A stretch of 64,000 nucleotides of DNA from an uncultured Bacilli bacterium (GTDB lineage Bacteria; Bacillota_I; Bacilli_A; RF39; UBA660): assembly GCA_934101795.1 (NCBI GenBank), contig CAKORY010000001.1:76878-140877 (forward strand), given 5' to 3'. Each line of letters opens with the position of its first letter. The stretch's first letter is position 1. Position numbers and translations under genes: made by a program. This document shows positions 1-9,264 of this stretch, piece by piece. The notes under the pieces were generated by a model. That model had not been told where the DNA came from. It saw only the letters and a list, made by a program, of their open reading frames with translations, and made no database searches.

Positions 1-714
1 ACCACTTATTAATATTGATGGTTTATTATAAAATCTTTCCCATGTTTTTAAAGGTATAACAATGTTATTAGCAAAGTCAAATACTAATTCATGATTTAAA
101 TCAAGTAATACTGAATGTTCCATATAACCTTTAAATTCAAATGGAATGTAGTAATAGGCTCCATATAAATCTGGATTATATCCAAGAATATCACTAGTTA
201 GATTATGACAAAAACCTCTTCTTTTTTGGGCATCTATTTTTCCCATGTTAAAGCATGTATCAAGTGGATAAAGAAAAATGTTTCCATAACTTGATTTTAA
301 ACTTACTTTTTGAAGTGATGCTCCTTCAATGTTTTTTATTTGGGTAGCTCCATAAATTAATTTTGAATATGTTATAAAATTTATATCTTTATTAAAATAA
401 TAATCAGTATTTTGCATTATTTTAAGTAATTCAGAACTAGTATTATAATTATATTTTTTTAGCACTTCTAATACAATATTAATTAGTCTTTTATTACCAC
501 TATTTAGAAATAATGATATTAAATAACTTACTTTTTCACTATCAGACATATCACTTGGCATAGTTATAATTTCACTTGGAAATTCAAAGAATACTTCTTT
601 AGCTATTTCATTATTTAATCTACTGTTTTCTTTTTGCCTTTCTGTATAAGTTTTATTAATTTCACTATCACTAGTGCAACTATAAACAGCTTTTATATCA
701 TCAAAAGTTACCAT
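1..714 (-). CDS. hypothetical protein (5'-partial at window edge; start ATG at 712-714)
   Basis: I translated the minus strand by hand from the ATG at 714 (MVTFDDIKAVYSCTSDSEINK...). The reading frame stays open to the window edge. I recognise no family. Confidence 0.5.
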   Translation of the reverse strand, partial: MVTFDDIKAVYSCTSDSEINKTYTERQKENSRLNNEIAKEVFFEFPSEIITMPSDMSDSEKVSYLISLFLNSGNKRLINIVLEVLKKYNYNTSSELLKIMQNTDYYFNKDINFITYSKLIYGATQIKNIEGASLQKVSLKSSYGNIFLYPLDTCFNMGKIDAQKRRGFCHNLTSDILGYNPDLYGAYYYIPFEFKGYMEHSVLLDLNHELVFDFANNIVIPLKTWERFYNKPSILISG

Positions 715-801
715 AACAAACCCCCATTTGTTGGTAAGTATTATATACTAAGTGGGCACATTTGTCAACTTAGGCATATATTACTTTAGGGAGGCTCTTT
801 T

Positions 802-1044
802 ATGAAATTTGGGGATGAATTCTTTAAAAAGGTGGAAAAGAAAACTAAAGTAGATAAGAATACTATCATAAGCTTAGCAGAAAAACTACAAAAAGGAAAT
901 ATGAAGGATGAAAAAACTTTAACGGAAGTAATAGATACTTTAAGTAAAATGACAGGTAAGAAAGTAACTGATGAACAAAAGAAGAAAATAATAAGTAAAA
1001 TAGTGGATGATAAAGTACCTAAAGATGTTGAAAAAATGTTTTAA
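802..1044 (+). CDS. stage VI sporulation protein F-like small protein
   Basis: The 80-aa product has the N-terminus FFKKVEKKTKV.. and a KDE/K-rich architecture typical of the SpoVIF (YjcC) family. An RBS (gggagg) lies upstream. Confidence 0.55.
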   Translation: MKFGDEFFKKVEKKTKVDKNTIISLAEKLQKGNMKDEKTLTEVIDTLSKMTGKKVTDEQKKKIISKIVDDKVPKDVEKMF

Positions 1045-1105
1045 CATCTTTTTCTTTACAAATAATGTATCACGTGATACAATTTAGTTATAAGAAGGTG
1101 ATAAG

Positions 1106-1681
1106 TTGCCAAAACAAGTAAAAATAAGTAAAGATGATATACTTAGGGCAGCACTTGAAATAGTTAGAAATGATGGTATAGAGAGGTTAAGTAATAGAGA
1201 AATTGCTAAGAAGTTAAATTGTTCTATAAGACCAATATATTATCAGTTTGAAAATAGTGAAGATTTATTAAATGAGTTAAATAAGAAAATGATAAAATAT
1301 TTTTATGATTTTATTACAAACAATATGAATGATGAAATACCAAAGTATAAGCAAACAGGTATTAATTATATAAAGTTTGCTAAGGAAGAAAATAATATAT
1401 TTAAAGTGTTATTTATGAGTAAAACTAATCTTTCTATAAGAGAATTTATTGATACTGCTGAAGAAAACTTTGATGAAGTGGAAAAATATATTAATATGAG
1501 TACTAGTTTAACTGGAGAAAATTTAAAGTCATTTCATGTTAAGATGTGGTTATTTACTCATGGACTAGCTACTTTAATTGCATGTAAAGCTGTTAATTTA
1601 ACTGATGAAGAAATAAGCAATCTTTTATCAAGTGAGTTTAGAGCTTTAGTACTTTTGGAAAATAATAAAGAAGGAGAATAA
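1106..1681 (+). CDS. TetR/AcrR family transcriptional regulator
   Basis: An N-terminal TetR HTH is present (ILRAALEIVRNDGIERLSNREIAKKLNCSIRPIYYQF). It is the first gene of an operon with an ABC transporter. Confidence 0.8.
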   Translation: MPKQVKISKDDILRAALEIVRNDGIERLSNREIAKKLNCSIRPIYYQFENSEDLLNELNKKMIKYFYDFITNNMNDEIPKYKQTGINYIKFAKEENNIFKVLFMSKTNLSIREFIDTAEENFDEVEKYINMSTSLTGENLKSFHVKMWLFTHGLATLIACKAVNLTDEEISNLLSSEFRALVLLENNKEGE

Positions 1682-2623
1682 ATGATGAAAAAAATAATTG
1701 AAGTAAAAAACTTAAGTAAAAGTTATAAGAATTTAAAAGCAATAGACGATTTGTCTTTTGATGTTTATGAAGGTGAAATACTAGGACTACTTGGACCAAA
1801 TGGAAGTGGTAAGTCTACGACAATTAATTCTATACTTAATTTGCTAGAGTTTGAAAAAGGTACAATTAAGATATTTGGTAAAATAATGAAGCCAGATGCT
1901 TATGATATAAAAAGAGATATTGGAGTAATATTTCAAGAAGTAGCAGTTTTTGAAGAATTAACTGTTTATGAAAATATAGATTATTTTTGTGGTCTTTATG
2001 TAAGTGATAAACTTTTAAGAAAGTCTTATGTAGAAGATGCCATAAATCTTGTAGGCTTAAAAGAATTTACTAAGTTTTATCCCAAACAATTATCTGGGGG
2101 ACTTCTTAGAAGACTTAATATTGCTTGTGGTATAGCTCATAAACCTAAATTAATATTTTTAGATGAACCAACTGTTGCGGTAGATCCTCAAAGTAGAAAT
2201 AATATTTTAGATGGTATTAAAAAATTACGTGATGATGGAGCTACGATTGTTTATACAACTCATTATATGGAAGAGGTAGAAATGATTTGTGATAGAATAA
2301 TAATTCTTGATAAAGGTAAAATTTTAGCCGAGGGCACCACAGATGAGTTAAAATCACTTGCTAAACTTGAAGAAAAAATAACTTTAGAAGTTAAGAAAAT
2401 AAGTTCAAAAGTAGTTGATGAAATTAAAGCATTTAAAACTGTTGATAGTGTTATAGAAAATGGAAATAATTTAGTTATTACTTATAAAAAGGGTAAAGAT
2501 AATCTTGGTGAATTAACTAGCTTTTTACATTCTAAAAAAGTTACTTATTCTAAGATATTTAGTGAAAGACCAACCCTTAATGATGTGTTCTTAGAGCTTA
2601 CTGGAAAGGATTTGAGAGATTAA
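1682..2623 (+). CDS. ABC transporter ATP-binding protein
   Basis: Walker A is GPNGSGKST, the ABC signature is LSGGLLRR, and Walker B is LIFLDEPT. Confidence 0.9.
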   Translation: MMKKIIEVKNLSKSYKNLKAIDDLSFDVYEGEILGLLGPNGSGKSTTINSILNLLEFEKGTIKIFGKIMKPDAYDIKRDIGVIFQEVAVFEELTVYENIDYFCGLYVSDKLLRKSYVEDAINLVGLKEFTKFYPKQLSGGLLRRLNIACGIAHKPKLIFLDEPTVAVDPQSRNNILDGIKKLRDDGATIVYTTHYMEEVEMICDRIIILDKGKILAEGTTDELKSLAKLEEKITLEVKKISSKVVDEIKAFKTVDSVIENGNNLVITYKKGKDNLGELTSFLHSKKVTYSKIFSERPTLNDVFLELTGKDLRD

Positions 2624-3780
2624 TGTTTATTCATAATTTTAAATATTCTTTAAAAGTTCTTTTTAGAAATAAATCTCTGATATTTTGGACTTTTATTTTT
2701 CCAATATTACTTGGTACATTTTTTCATATGGCATTTAAAGATATTGAAAATAATGAAACTTTTCATGCCTTTGATATTGCTGTTGTGGATAGTCCTGATT
2801 ATGAAAATAATACTATATTTAAAGAAGCTATTAGTGAAGCAAGTAAAGAAAGTGATAATAAATTATTTAATGTAAAAATGGTAAATAAGGAAGATGCAAG
2901 TAAAATGCTAGAAAATAAAGAAATAACTGGGTATCTAGAATTTAGTAATAGTGATGTAAATATAACTATAAATGATAATGGTATATATGAGACTATACTT
3001 AAATTTTTTGTAGATGAAGTAAATAGTAATAAGAAAATAATTGAAAATACTGTAAATGAGGAAATAAGTAAAGGTAATTTAGATTATCAAATGGTAATTA
3101 GTAATGTAATGGAAAAATTAAATGAAACAATAGAATTTAAAAATATATCTAGAAGTAATTTAAGTTATACAATGATTGAATATTATACTTTAATTGCTAT
3201 GGCTGCTTTATATGGTGGAGCAATATCAATGTATATTATAAATAAAAATATGCCAAATATGAGTAGTGTAGGTAAGAGAAATAGTACAGCTCCGATACCT
3301 AAAAGTACTCTTTTACTTAGTGGGTTGCTTGCAAGTTTAATGGTGCAAATAACTGGTTTAATTTTACTATTTATTTATACAATATTTATTTTAAAGATAG
3401 ATTATAACTCTAATATTTGGTTAATTGCTCTCCTTGCTGTTGTGGGTTCTCTTGCAGGTTTATCACTTGGATGTATTATTGGTACTATTTTAAAAACAAA
3501 TGAAAATGCTAAAAGTGGTATTTTAATTGGTGTTACCATGTTTTTATCATTCTTATCAGGTATGATGGGTATTACAATGAAATATGTAATTGATAAAAAT
3601 ATTCCTATTTTAAATATGATAAATCCTGCTGCAATGATTACAGACGGCTTCTATGCTCTATATTATTATGGATTTGAAAGTAGATATATTTTTAATATTT
3701 TAAGTTTAATTGTATTTTCACTTATAATGTTACTTATTTCAAGTATCAGTTTAAGGAGGCAAAAATATGACAGTATTTAA
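2623..3780 (+). CDS. ABC-2 family transporter permease
   Basis: The product is multi-TM and hydrophobic. The gene is translationally coupled to the upstream ATPase by an ATGA overlap. Confidence 0.75.
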   Translation: MFIHNFKYSLKVLFRNKSLIFWTFIFPILLGTFFHMAFKDIENNETFHAFDIAVVDSPDYENNTIFKEAISEASKESDNKLFNVKMVNKEDASKMLENKEITGYLEFSNSDVNITINDNGIYETILKFFVDEVNSNKKIIENTVNEEISKGNLDYQMVISNVMEKLNETIEFKNISRSNLSYTMIEYYTLIAMAALYGGAISMYIINKNMPNMSSVGKRNSTAPIPKSTLLLSGLLASLMVQITGLILLFIYTIFILKIDYNSNIWLIALLAVVGSLAGLSLGCIIGTILKTNENAKSGILIGVTMFLSFLSGMMGITMKYVIDKNIPILNMINPAAMITDGFYALYYYGFESRYIFNILSLIVFSLIMLLISSISLRRQKYDSI

Positions 3781-4909
3781 GACATTTTGGAAAGTAGTAA
3801 AAAGATATAAAGGTACTATTATAGGATTTACTTTAATGTTAGTAATATTTGGGTCAATAAATATGAGTAGTAATGATGTAACAAGTTCTTTTAAAGAAAC
3901 TAAGCCTGATATAATAATAGTAAATAATGATAATGGAGTTTTTTCTAAAGCTTTAGTTAATTATTTAAAAGAAAATGCTAATATAATAGATGTAAAAAAT
4001 ACTGAAAAAGATATAGATGATGCAATATTTTATCGAGAAGCAAGTTATGTAGTATATATTCCTAAAGAATATGAAGAAAGTATTTTAAATGGGGGAAATG
4101 GTAATATAGAAATTAAATCTAGTGGGGATTATACATCAAATTTAGCAGAAATGCTTTTAACTAGATATATTAAAACTATCAAAGTATTAAGTAAAGAATA
4201 TAGTGATAAAACTACTTTATTAAGTAAGGTAAATAGTGCATTAGATGAAAATAGTAAAGTAGAACTTACTACTAAAATAAATACTACAGAATTAACAAGA
4301 TTATCAAGATATTATAATTTTGCAAGTTATACTTTAATTGCTGTTATTCTCTTTATTATATGTTTAGTTTTATCTAGCTTTAATAAGGAAAATACTAGAA
4401 AGAGAATTATTGTAAGTAGTATGGATTATAAAAAACATAATAAATATATTTTAATAGCAAGTAGTTTATATTCTATTTTTGTAGTTATTTTATACACTAT
4501 TTTAGCTTTTATTATATTTGGCTCTTTAACATTTTCAGAAAGAGGTTTATTATATATCCTAAATACATTTATATTCTCATTTGTTGCTTTATGTATGGCA
4601 CTATTTATTAGTACTTTAGTTAAGAGTAAAGAAGCAGTATCAGGCATAGTTAATGTAGTTGCATTATCACAAGCATTTTTATGCGGAGCATTTATACCTA
4701 CTATGTGGCTTCCAGAAAGTGTCATAAAAATAGCACATATATTACCTGCATATTGGTATATTAATACAAATGATTTTCTAGCAGAACTTGAAGTCTTATC
4801 GTTTACTAATTTAAAACCGGTATGGATTAACATGTTAGTTTTAATCGCGTTTGCTATTATATTTATTATTTTAAATAATATTGCATCTAGAAAGAAAATG
4901 GTATCATGA
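3767..4909 (+). CDS. ABC-2 family transporter permease (second subunit)
   Basis: An N-terminal TM is followed by a large extracytoplasmic loop and then a C-terminal 5-6 TM bundle. It overlaps the previous permease. Confidence 0.75.
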   Translation: MTVFKTFWKVVKRYKGTIIGFTLMLVIFGSINMSSNDVTSSFKETKPDIIIVNNDNGVFSKALVNYLKENANIIDVKNTEKDIDDAIFYREASYVVYIPKEYEESILNGGNGNIEIKSSGDYTSNLAEMLLTRYIKTIKVLSKEYSDKTTLLSKVNSALDENSKVELTTKINTTELTRLSRYYNFASYTLIAVILFIICLVLSSFNKENTRKRIIVSSMDYKKHNKYILIASSLYSIFVVILYTILAFIIFGSLTFSERGLLYILNTFIFSFVALCMALFISTLVKSKEAVSGIVNVVALSQAFLCGAFIPTMWLPESVIKIAHILPAYWYINTNDFLAELEVLSFTNLKPVWINMLVLIAFAIIFIILNNIASRKKMVS

Positions 4910-5439
4910 GATGTAAGTGGTGTAATTTAGATAATCTTTTGTATGTAAAGTATCATGATGAAGAATGGGGAGTACTAAACTTAGATGAACATTATTTATT
5001 TGAAATGCTTATTTTAGAAAGCTTTCAAGCAGGACTTTCCTGGGAATGTGTTCTAAATAAAAGAGATGCTTTTAGAAAAGCATATGATAATTTTGATATT
5101 GAAAAAGTTGTTAAATATGATGATAAAAAAATAGATAAATTAATAAATAATGAGAGTATAATTAGAAATAAATTAAAAATTAAAGCAAGTATTAATAATG
5201 CTAAAATATTTAAAAGTATTTCTTTAGAATATAATGGTTTTAAAAATTATTTGCTTAGGTATTTTAAAGAGTATCCAATATATGAGGTAAATAAAACTAC
5301 ATCAAAGGTATCTGATGATATTTCTAGTGATTTAAAGAAGCATGGTATGAAGTTTGTTGGATCAGTTATTATTTACTCATATTTACAAGCTATTGGATTA
5401 ATTTATTCACATGAAAATGACTGTTTTATGAAAAACTAG
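4906..5439 (+). CDS. tag: DNA-3-methyladenine glycosylase I
   Basis: The motifs YHDEEWGV and FEMLILESFQAGLSWECVLNKRDAFRKAY are diagnostic of Tag. Confidence 0.85.
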   Translation: MRCKWCNLDNLLYVKYHDEEWGVLNLDEHYLFEMLILESFQAGLSWECVLNKRDAFRKAYDNFDIEKVVKYDDKKIDKLINNESIIRNKLKIKASINNAKIFKSISLEYNGFKNYLLRYFKEYPIYEVNKTTSKVSDDISSDLKKHGMKFVGSVIIYSYLQAIGLIYSHENDCFMKN

Positions 5440-5499
5440 GTAAAATTTATTGCACTAGTTTTTTAATTATGATATTATTTTAATGGAAGTGATAAAGAT

Positions 5500-6228
5500 A
5501 TGGAAAAAAGTAATAAAATATATTTAGGTATAATACTAGTATGTACAGTATTAGTAATTGGTTTATGTGTGTATGCTATTGCAACTCATAAAGAAGAAAA
5601 ATTAACGGATGCAGTAAAATTTAAAAATGAATATGAAAGTTTAAATGAAGCTGTAAATGAAAATGGGGAAAAACAATATATGGAAATTTCAATTGATGAG
5701 GAAAATCCAATAGTGTATAAAACTGGTCAAGAGATCGTAGAAATCATGAAAAATGAAGATGCAATAATTTATTTTGGTTTTGCAACTTGTCCTTGGTGTA
5801 GAAATGCTGTACCAGTATTACTTGATGCTGCGAAAGAATTAAATGTTGATAAGATTTATTATGTTGATATTTTAGATATTCGTGATACTTATAAGTTTTC
5901 TGGAAGTATTGAACCTGAACAAACTAAAAAAGGTACTGATGCATATTATAATATATTAAAAATACTTGATAAAAAATTAGATAAATTTTATGTTAAAGAT
6001 GAAGCTGGAAATATGTATGATACTGGTGTTAAAAGATTATATGCTCCGACTTTGGTAGCTGTTTCAAAGGGAAATGTTAAAGGCTTTCATGCATCAACTG
6101 TAGAAAGTCAAAAAGACCCATATTCTGCATTAAATGATGAACAAAAGAAAGAATTAAAAAGCACTTATAAAACAGTTATTAATTCTATTAAAGATTTAAA
6201 AGCATGTAAAGGTGATAAGGCTTGTTAA
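5500..6228 (+). CDS. membrane-anchored thioredoxin-fold protein (CPWC active site)
   Basis: An N-terminal TM helix is followed by an FGFATCPWCRNAVP thioredoxin CxxC motif. Confidence 0.6.
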   Translation: MEKSNKIYLGIILVCTVLVIGLCVYAIATHKEEKLTDAVKFKNEYESLNEAVNENGEKQYMEISIDEENPIVYKTGQEIVEIMKNEDAIIYFGFATCPWCRNAVPVLLDAAKELNVDKIYYVDILDIRDTYKFSGSIEPEQTKKGTDAYYNILKILDKKLDKFYVKDEAGNMYDTGVKRLYAPTLVAVSKGNVKGFHASTVESQKDPYSALNDEQKKELKSTYKTVINSIKDLKACKGDKAC

Positions 6229-6308
6229 ACTAGGTAAATGCCTAGTTTTTTCTTGATTTTTTTGAATATTTATAGTAGTATATGTTTATATTTATTTAAG
6301 GAGAAAAA

Positions 6309-6797
6309 ATGAAAGTATTTAAAAATGGAAAAGTATATGTTCAAAATGAAGATTTGATTTTAATTCTTCGATCTGGTGAGTTAATGCCAACATCAGTTTT
6401 AGAAAAAATTTATGGAAATGGCCCAGTTATTATAGTTAAAGATAATATGGAAGATTATGTGGAATTTGAAGAAGCAGATCAAGTTGAATTTTTCAAAAGA
6501 TTAGATTGGATAGTAGATTATGATGAAATGAAAAATTTATCACTTGAAGAATTGGAAAAGCTTTATGATGATACTAAAGATGAAATGGTAAAAATAAGAA
6601 ATAAATATAGTGATTTGAGTCAAAAGGATGATTGTTATGAAAAAGATTCTATTAGGTTTGAACTACTAGGTAATAAATTGTATTCAATTTCTAAGATTCA
6701 ATATTTTAAATCTCATAATCTTAAGTTAGCTTTACCGAATGAAACTGGTATTAGTAGATTAATAAGAAAATTTAAAAATAAAATTAAAGAGAAATAA
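6309..6797 (+). CDS. hypothetical protein
   Basis: The ORF has a good RBS (aaggagaaaaaATG). I see no recognisable motif. Confidence 0.45.
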   Translation: MKVFKNGKVYVQNEDLILILRSGELMPTSVLEKIYGNGPVIIVKDNMEDYVEFEEADQVEFFKRLDWIVDYDEMKNLSLEELEKLYDDTKDEMVKIRNKYSDLSQKDDCYEKDSIRFELLGNKLYSISKIQYFKSHNLKLALPNETGISRLIRKFKNKIKEK

Positions 6798-6977
6798 TCT
6801 TTTTTTTTGTTGTATCATTTTATAAAAAATAATATTAATCAATTATATAAATAGTGGTGCCGAAAATGGTGCCGAAAATTTCTAAATTTAATAATAATAT
6901 GAGAAATGTTGTGGTATTTTTCATAAATAAAAAGACTAGGAAATATTTATTTCTTAGTCTTTTACTATTAATATAAA

Positions 6978-7054
6978 TGGTGTCCTGGGCGAGATTCGAA
7001 CTCACGACCGATCGCTTAGAAGGCGATTGCTCTATCCAGCTGAGCTACCAGGAC
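6978..7054 (-). tRNA. tRNA-Arg (anticodon TCT)
   Basis: The reverse complement reads GTCCTGGTAGCTCAGCTGGATAGAGCAATCGCCTTCTAAGCGATCGGTCGTGAGTTCGAATCTCGCCCAGGACACCA. It has a cloverleaf with a 7-bp acceptor stem, a GTTCGAATC T-loop, the anticodon loop CCTTCTAAG, and an encoded CCA. Confidence 0.9.
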
Positions 7055-7087
7055 ATTCCTTTTTCGTTGGTAATCTAATTATAGTAT

Positions 7088-7118
7088 AAAAAAAGACTTA
7101 TGGCAAGTCTTTTTTTGA
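7088..7118. terminator. bidirectional rho-independent terminator (AAGACTT/AAGTCTT stem flanked by A- and T-runs)
   Basis: The hairpin aaaaaagacttatggcaagtcttttttt lies immediately downstream of the minus-strand GerM-like gene. It overlaps the -35 (TTGCCA) of a TATAAT promoter that reads into the tRNA on the minus strand. Confidence 0.7.
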
Positions 7119-7129
7119 AAAATTTGGCA

Positions 7130-8062
7130 TTATATACTAATTTTTGTGTTTTCTGTGTCTGGAATATTAAAAATTACTTCATTAATGCCATAAGTATCTC
7201 TGATAGATAAAGCAATTGAATATTTTACTTCTTCTAAAATATCTTCTTCTTTTATATTAGCTATTAAGTAATTATTAAAAGATAGAGATATTGCATTTTC
7301 TAACATTTCATAACTTGTCATATTTGCAGAAGCTGCTAGATAACTTATTAAATTTGTGTGATATATCGGAGTACTTTTAAGTTCTTTAATGATTATTTCA
7401 ACTCGTTCTGTTTTTTCATTACTAACTTTAGTAACTGGCACATAGTAATAGTAATCTTTATTTTTACTTAAATAATATATCGTGGTTTTGGTAGTTTCTT
7501 TAATAGAATCTATATTGTATATCTTATTAATGCCATATGATTTATCTAGATATTCTGGTAATTTTTTATTTGAATTTGGCAAATTTGTTAATGGTTTTCC
7601 TTCAACTAATATTTTTATCTTTTTAATATCTTTTATTTCTGTTAAAGAGTATATTATTGCTTCGATCATTTTTTGTTCATCACAATGTACGACATTTAAT
7701 AATTCCTTACTAAAATTTATTGTTAAAATATTTTCTTCAAGTTTTAAATCTAGTATTTTAGTACCATCTGGTATAATTGGCTTAAAACCATCTCTAATAT
7801 AACTGGATTTTTTAGTATTTTTAGTTAATGCTTCAATTATTTCTTTTATTTGTTCTATAGTTTCACTACTATTTTTAACAATACTGGTTCTAGCAACATA
7901 ATCTTTATTATCTACTAAAAATATTGGCATTTCATCTTTAGTTATATAGCTTAAATGTTCTTTGATAACTGTATCATTACTTGGAAAAAAGTAAATTATA
8001 AGTAAAATAAATAGAGTAAGTGTAGCTACACAAATACGTCTTATTGAAGATTTTTTTATCAT
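7130..8062 (-). CDS. GerMN-domain sporulation/germination protein (GerM-like, two GerMN repeats)
   Basis: An N-terminal TM anchor is followed by two approximately 130-aa repeats with the GerMN pattern (...ILDLKLEENILTINFSKEL... / ...ISLSFNNYLIAN...). Confidence 0.6.
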   Translation of the reverse strand: MIKKSSIRRICVATLTLFILLIIYFFPSNDTVIKEHLSYITKDEMPIFLVDNKDYVARTSIVKNSSETIEQIKEIIEALTKNTKKSSYIRDGFKPIIPDGTKILDLKLEENILTINFSKELLNVVHCDEQKMIEAIIYSLTEIKDIKKIKILVEGKPLTNLPNSNKKLPEYLDKSYGINKIYNIDSIKETTKTTIYYLSKNKDYYYYVPVTKVSNEKTERVEIIIKELKSTPIYHTNLISYLAASANMTSYEMLENAISLSFNNYLIANIKEEDILEEVKYSIALSIRDTYGINEVIFNIPDTENTKISI

Positions 8063-8120
8063 TTTTAAAACACCTAATTAATTATATTTTAGAAATAAAA
8101 AAAAAGACCGAAGTCTTTAT

Positions 8121-8327
8121 TTAAATTGATAATTCTCCGAGTTTTATAAGTTCAATGATGGCTTGTGCCCGACCTTTAACACCAAGTTTTTGAATAGCAT
8201 TAGAAACATGATTTCGAACAGTTTTTTCACTAATATAAAGTTCTTTTGCAATTTCTGTAGTTGTTTTATTTTTAATGAGTAATTCAAATACTTCTTGTTC
8301 ACGGTCAGTTAGTATCTTTTTTTTCAT
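8121..8327 (-). CDS. LuxR/GerE-family small HTH transcriptional regulator
   Basis: The 68-aa product is LTDREQEVFELLIKNKTTTEIAKELYISEKTVRNHVSNAIQKLGV, a stand-alone LuxR C-terminal HTH like the sporulation regulator GerE. Confidence 0.7.
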   Translation of the reverse strand: MKKKILTDREQEVFELLIKNKTTTEIAKELYISEKTVRNHVSNAIQKLGVKGRAQAIIELIKLGELSI

Positions 8328-8395
8328 AAATAATCTCCTTAAAATTAAAATACTTCATAGTATTGTATGAAATATTTTAAAAAATGTATAGGATA

Positions 8396-8881
8396 TTATT
8401 CAAATTTAACGGTAATATATTTTTGTTTATCGTATAGGCTTTGAACTTCTCTGATAATGTTATTTGCTATTTCTTTGTTATGATCTTTAGCGGCGATTGT
8501 AATACTAATAGCATCACCATCTATTTTGACAAAATTGTCAAATTTGAATTTTTCAGTTATTAGTTTCTTAATTTTTTCACATTCTGTTTTAGAATTACTT
8601 AGTGCTTGTAAAGCATTGTAAGCATCGTTTTTTTCTTCGATAGTTGCAGTATCATCTAGTAGTATACTTTGATATTCATTCATTTCTTTTAAGACTGCTT
8701 CATCTCTGTCTACTTGAAGTGCTACGATAACATCAGATTCTTTAACACTTACATCTTTACTTATGTTATTTTCCCCGGCCAGTACACTTAAGCTCTCATC
8801 ACCCATTGTTACATAATATATTCCAAGAACTAGTATCAAGGAAAATAAAGTAACGAACCACAAATTTTGTTTGTTTATCAT
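8396..8881 (-). CDS. SpoIIIAH-like membrane-anchored sporulation protein (putative)
   Basis: An N-terminal TM is followed by a C-terminal region (KNDAYNALQALSN...FVKIDGDAISITIAAKD) resembling the YscJ-like domain of SpoIIIAH. Confidence 0.35.
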   Translation of the reverse strand: MINKQNLWFVTLFSLILVLGIYYVTMGDESLSVLAGENNISKDVSVKESDVIVALQVDRDEAVLKEMNEYQSILLDDTATIEEKNDAYNALQALSNSKTECEKIKKLITEKFKFDNFVKIDGDAISITIAAKDHNKEIANNIIREVQSLYDKQKYITVKFE

Positions 8882-8933
8882 AATATTCCTCCATCTAAAG
8901 CTATTTAACTATATGAAGGATATAATTATAATA

Positions 8934-9173
8934 TTACTTATTAAGTATTGATTTTGGGTAAGGTGTTCTTACATCTGTTAAACCAAGTAGGTAGTCAGTA
9001 GAAGTTTGGTAATATATTGCAAGTTTCTTTAATAAATCAATTGGTAGTTGTCTTTTGCCAATTTCATAGTAACTGTAGGCAACTTGACTAACATTTAATA
9101 TTTTGGCAATATCACTTTGTAGTAAATCTTTATCTTCTCTTATTTCTTTTAATCTATTCATATTTATCACCAA
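8934..9173 (-). CDS. XRE-family HTH transcriptional regulator
   Basis: LKEIREDKDLLQSDIAKILNVSQVAYSYYEIGKRQLPIDLLKKLAIYY is a Cro/C1-type HTH. Confidence 0.8.
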   Translation of the reverse strand: MVINMNRLKEIREDKDLLQSDIAKILNVSQVAYSYYEIGKRQLPIDLLKKLAIYYQTSTDYLLGLTDVRTPYPKSILNK

Positions 9174-9184
9174 TTTAATTTTAA

Positions 9185-9264
9185 ATTAAAACAAAATGTT
9201 ATATTGATTATTAAAACAAAATGTTATATAATTGATTTATGATAAAACATTGTGTTTTATATAG
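9185..9264. promoter_or_regulatory. putative operator region: two 20-bp direct repeats (ATTAAAACAAAATGTTATAT) plus an AAAACA-TTG-TGTTTT palindrome
   Basis: Direct repeats lie at 9185-9204 and 9210-9229 with 25-bp phasing. The palindrome lies at about 9243-9257 in the divergent intergenic region between the XRE regulator and the secreted-protein gene. Confidence 0.45.

Noticed and set aside
4426-4833. Minus-strand 135-aa ORF inside the ABC-2 permease gene
   Set aside because: It is antisense to a well-supported permease CDS, with AT-rich low-complexity translation. Other antisense or overlapping ORFs (7482-7802, 9414-9605, 9886-10080, 13547-14071, 14125-14471, 15042-15374, 16459-16647, 22222-22440, 23113-23295, 24926-25114, 25246-25491, 26163-26387, 27024-27248, 28699-29049, 29905-30099, 39040-39249, 39988-40474, 50378-50620, 55184-55489, 56789-57255, 57659-57856, 62462-62722) are rejected for the same reason.
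5432-5466. Second 'AACTAG...CTAGTT' hairpin after tag, similar to the one at 6227-6252
   Set aside because: The stem is only 6 bp with a 15-nt loop, so it is a weak terminator at best. The similarity of the two hairpins is probably coincidental reuse of CTAG-containing stems.
6840-6875. Direct repeat GGTGCCGAAAAT x2 upstream of the tRNA region
   Set aside because: It is a short 12-bp duplication only, with no partner structure and no obvious function.
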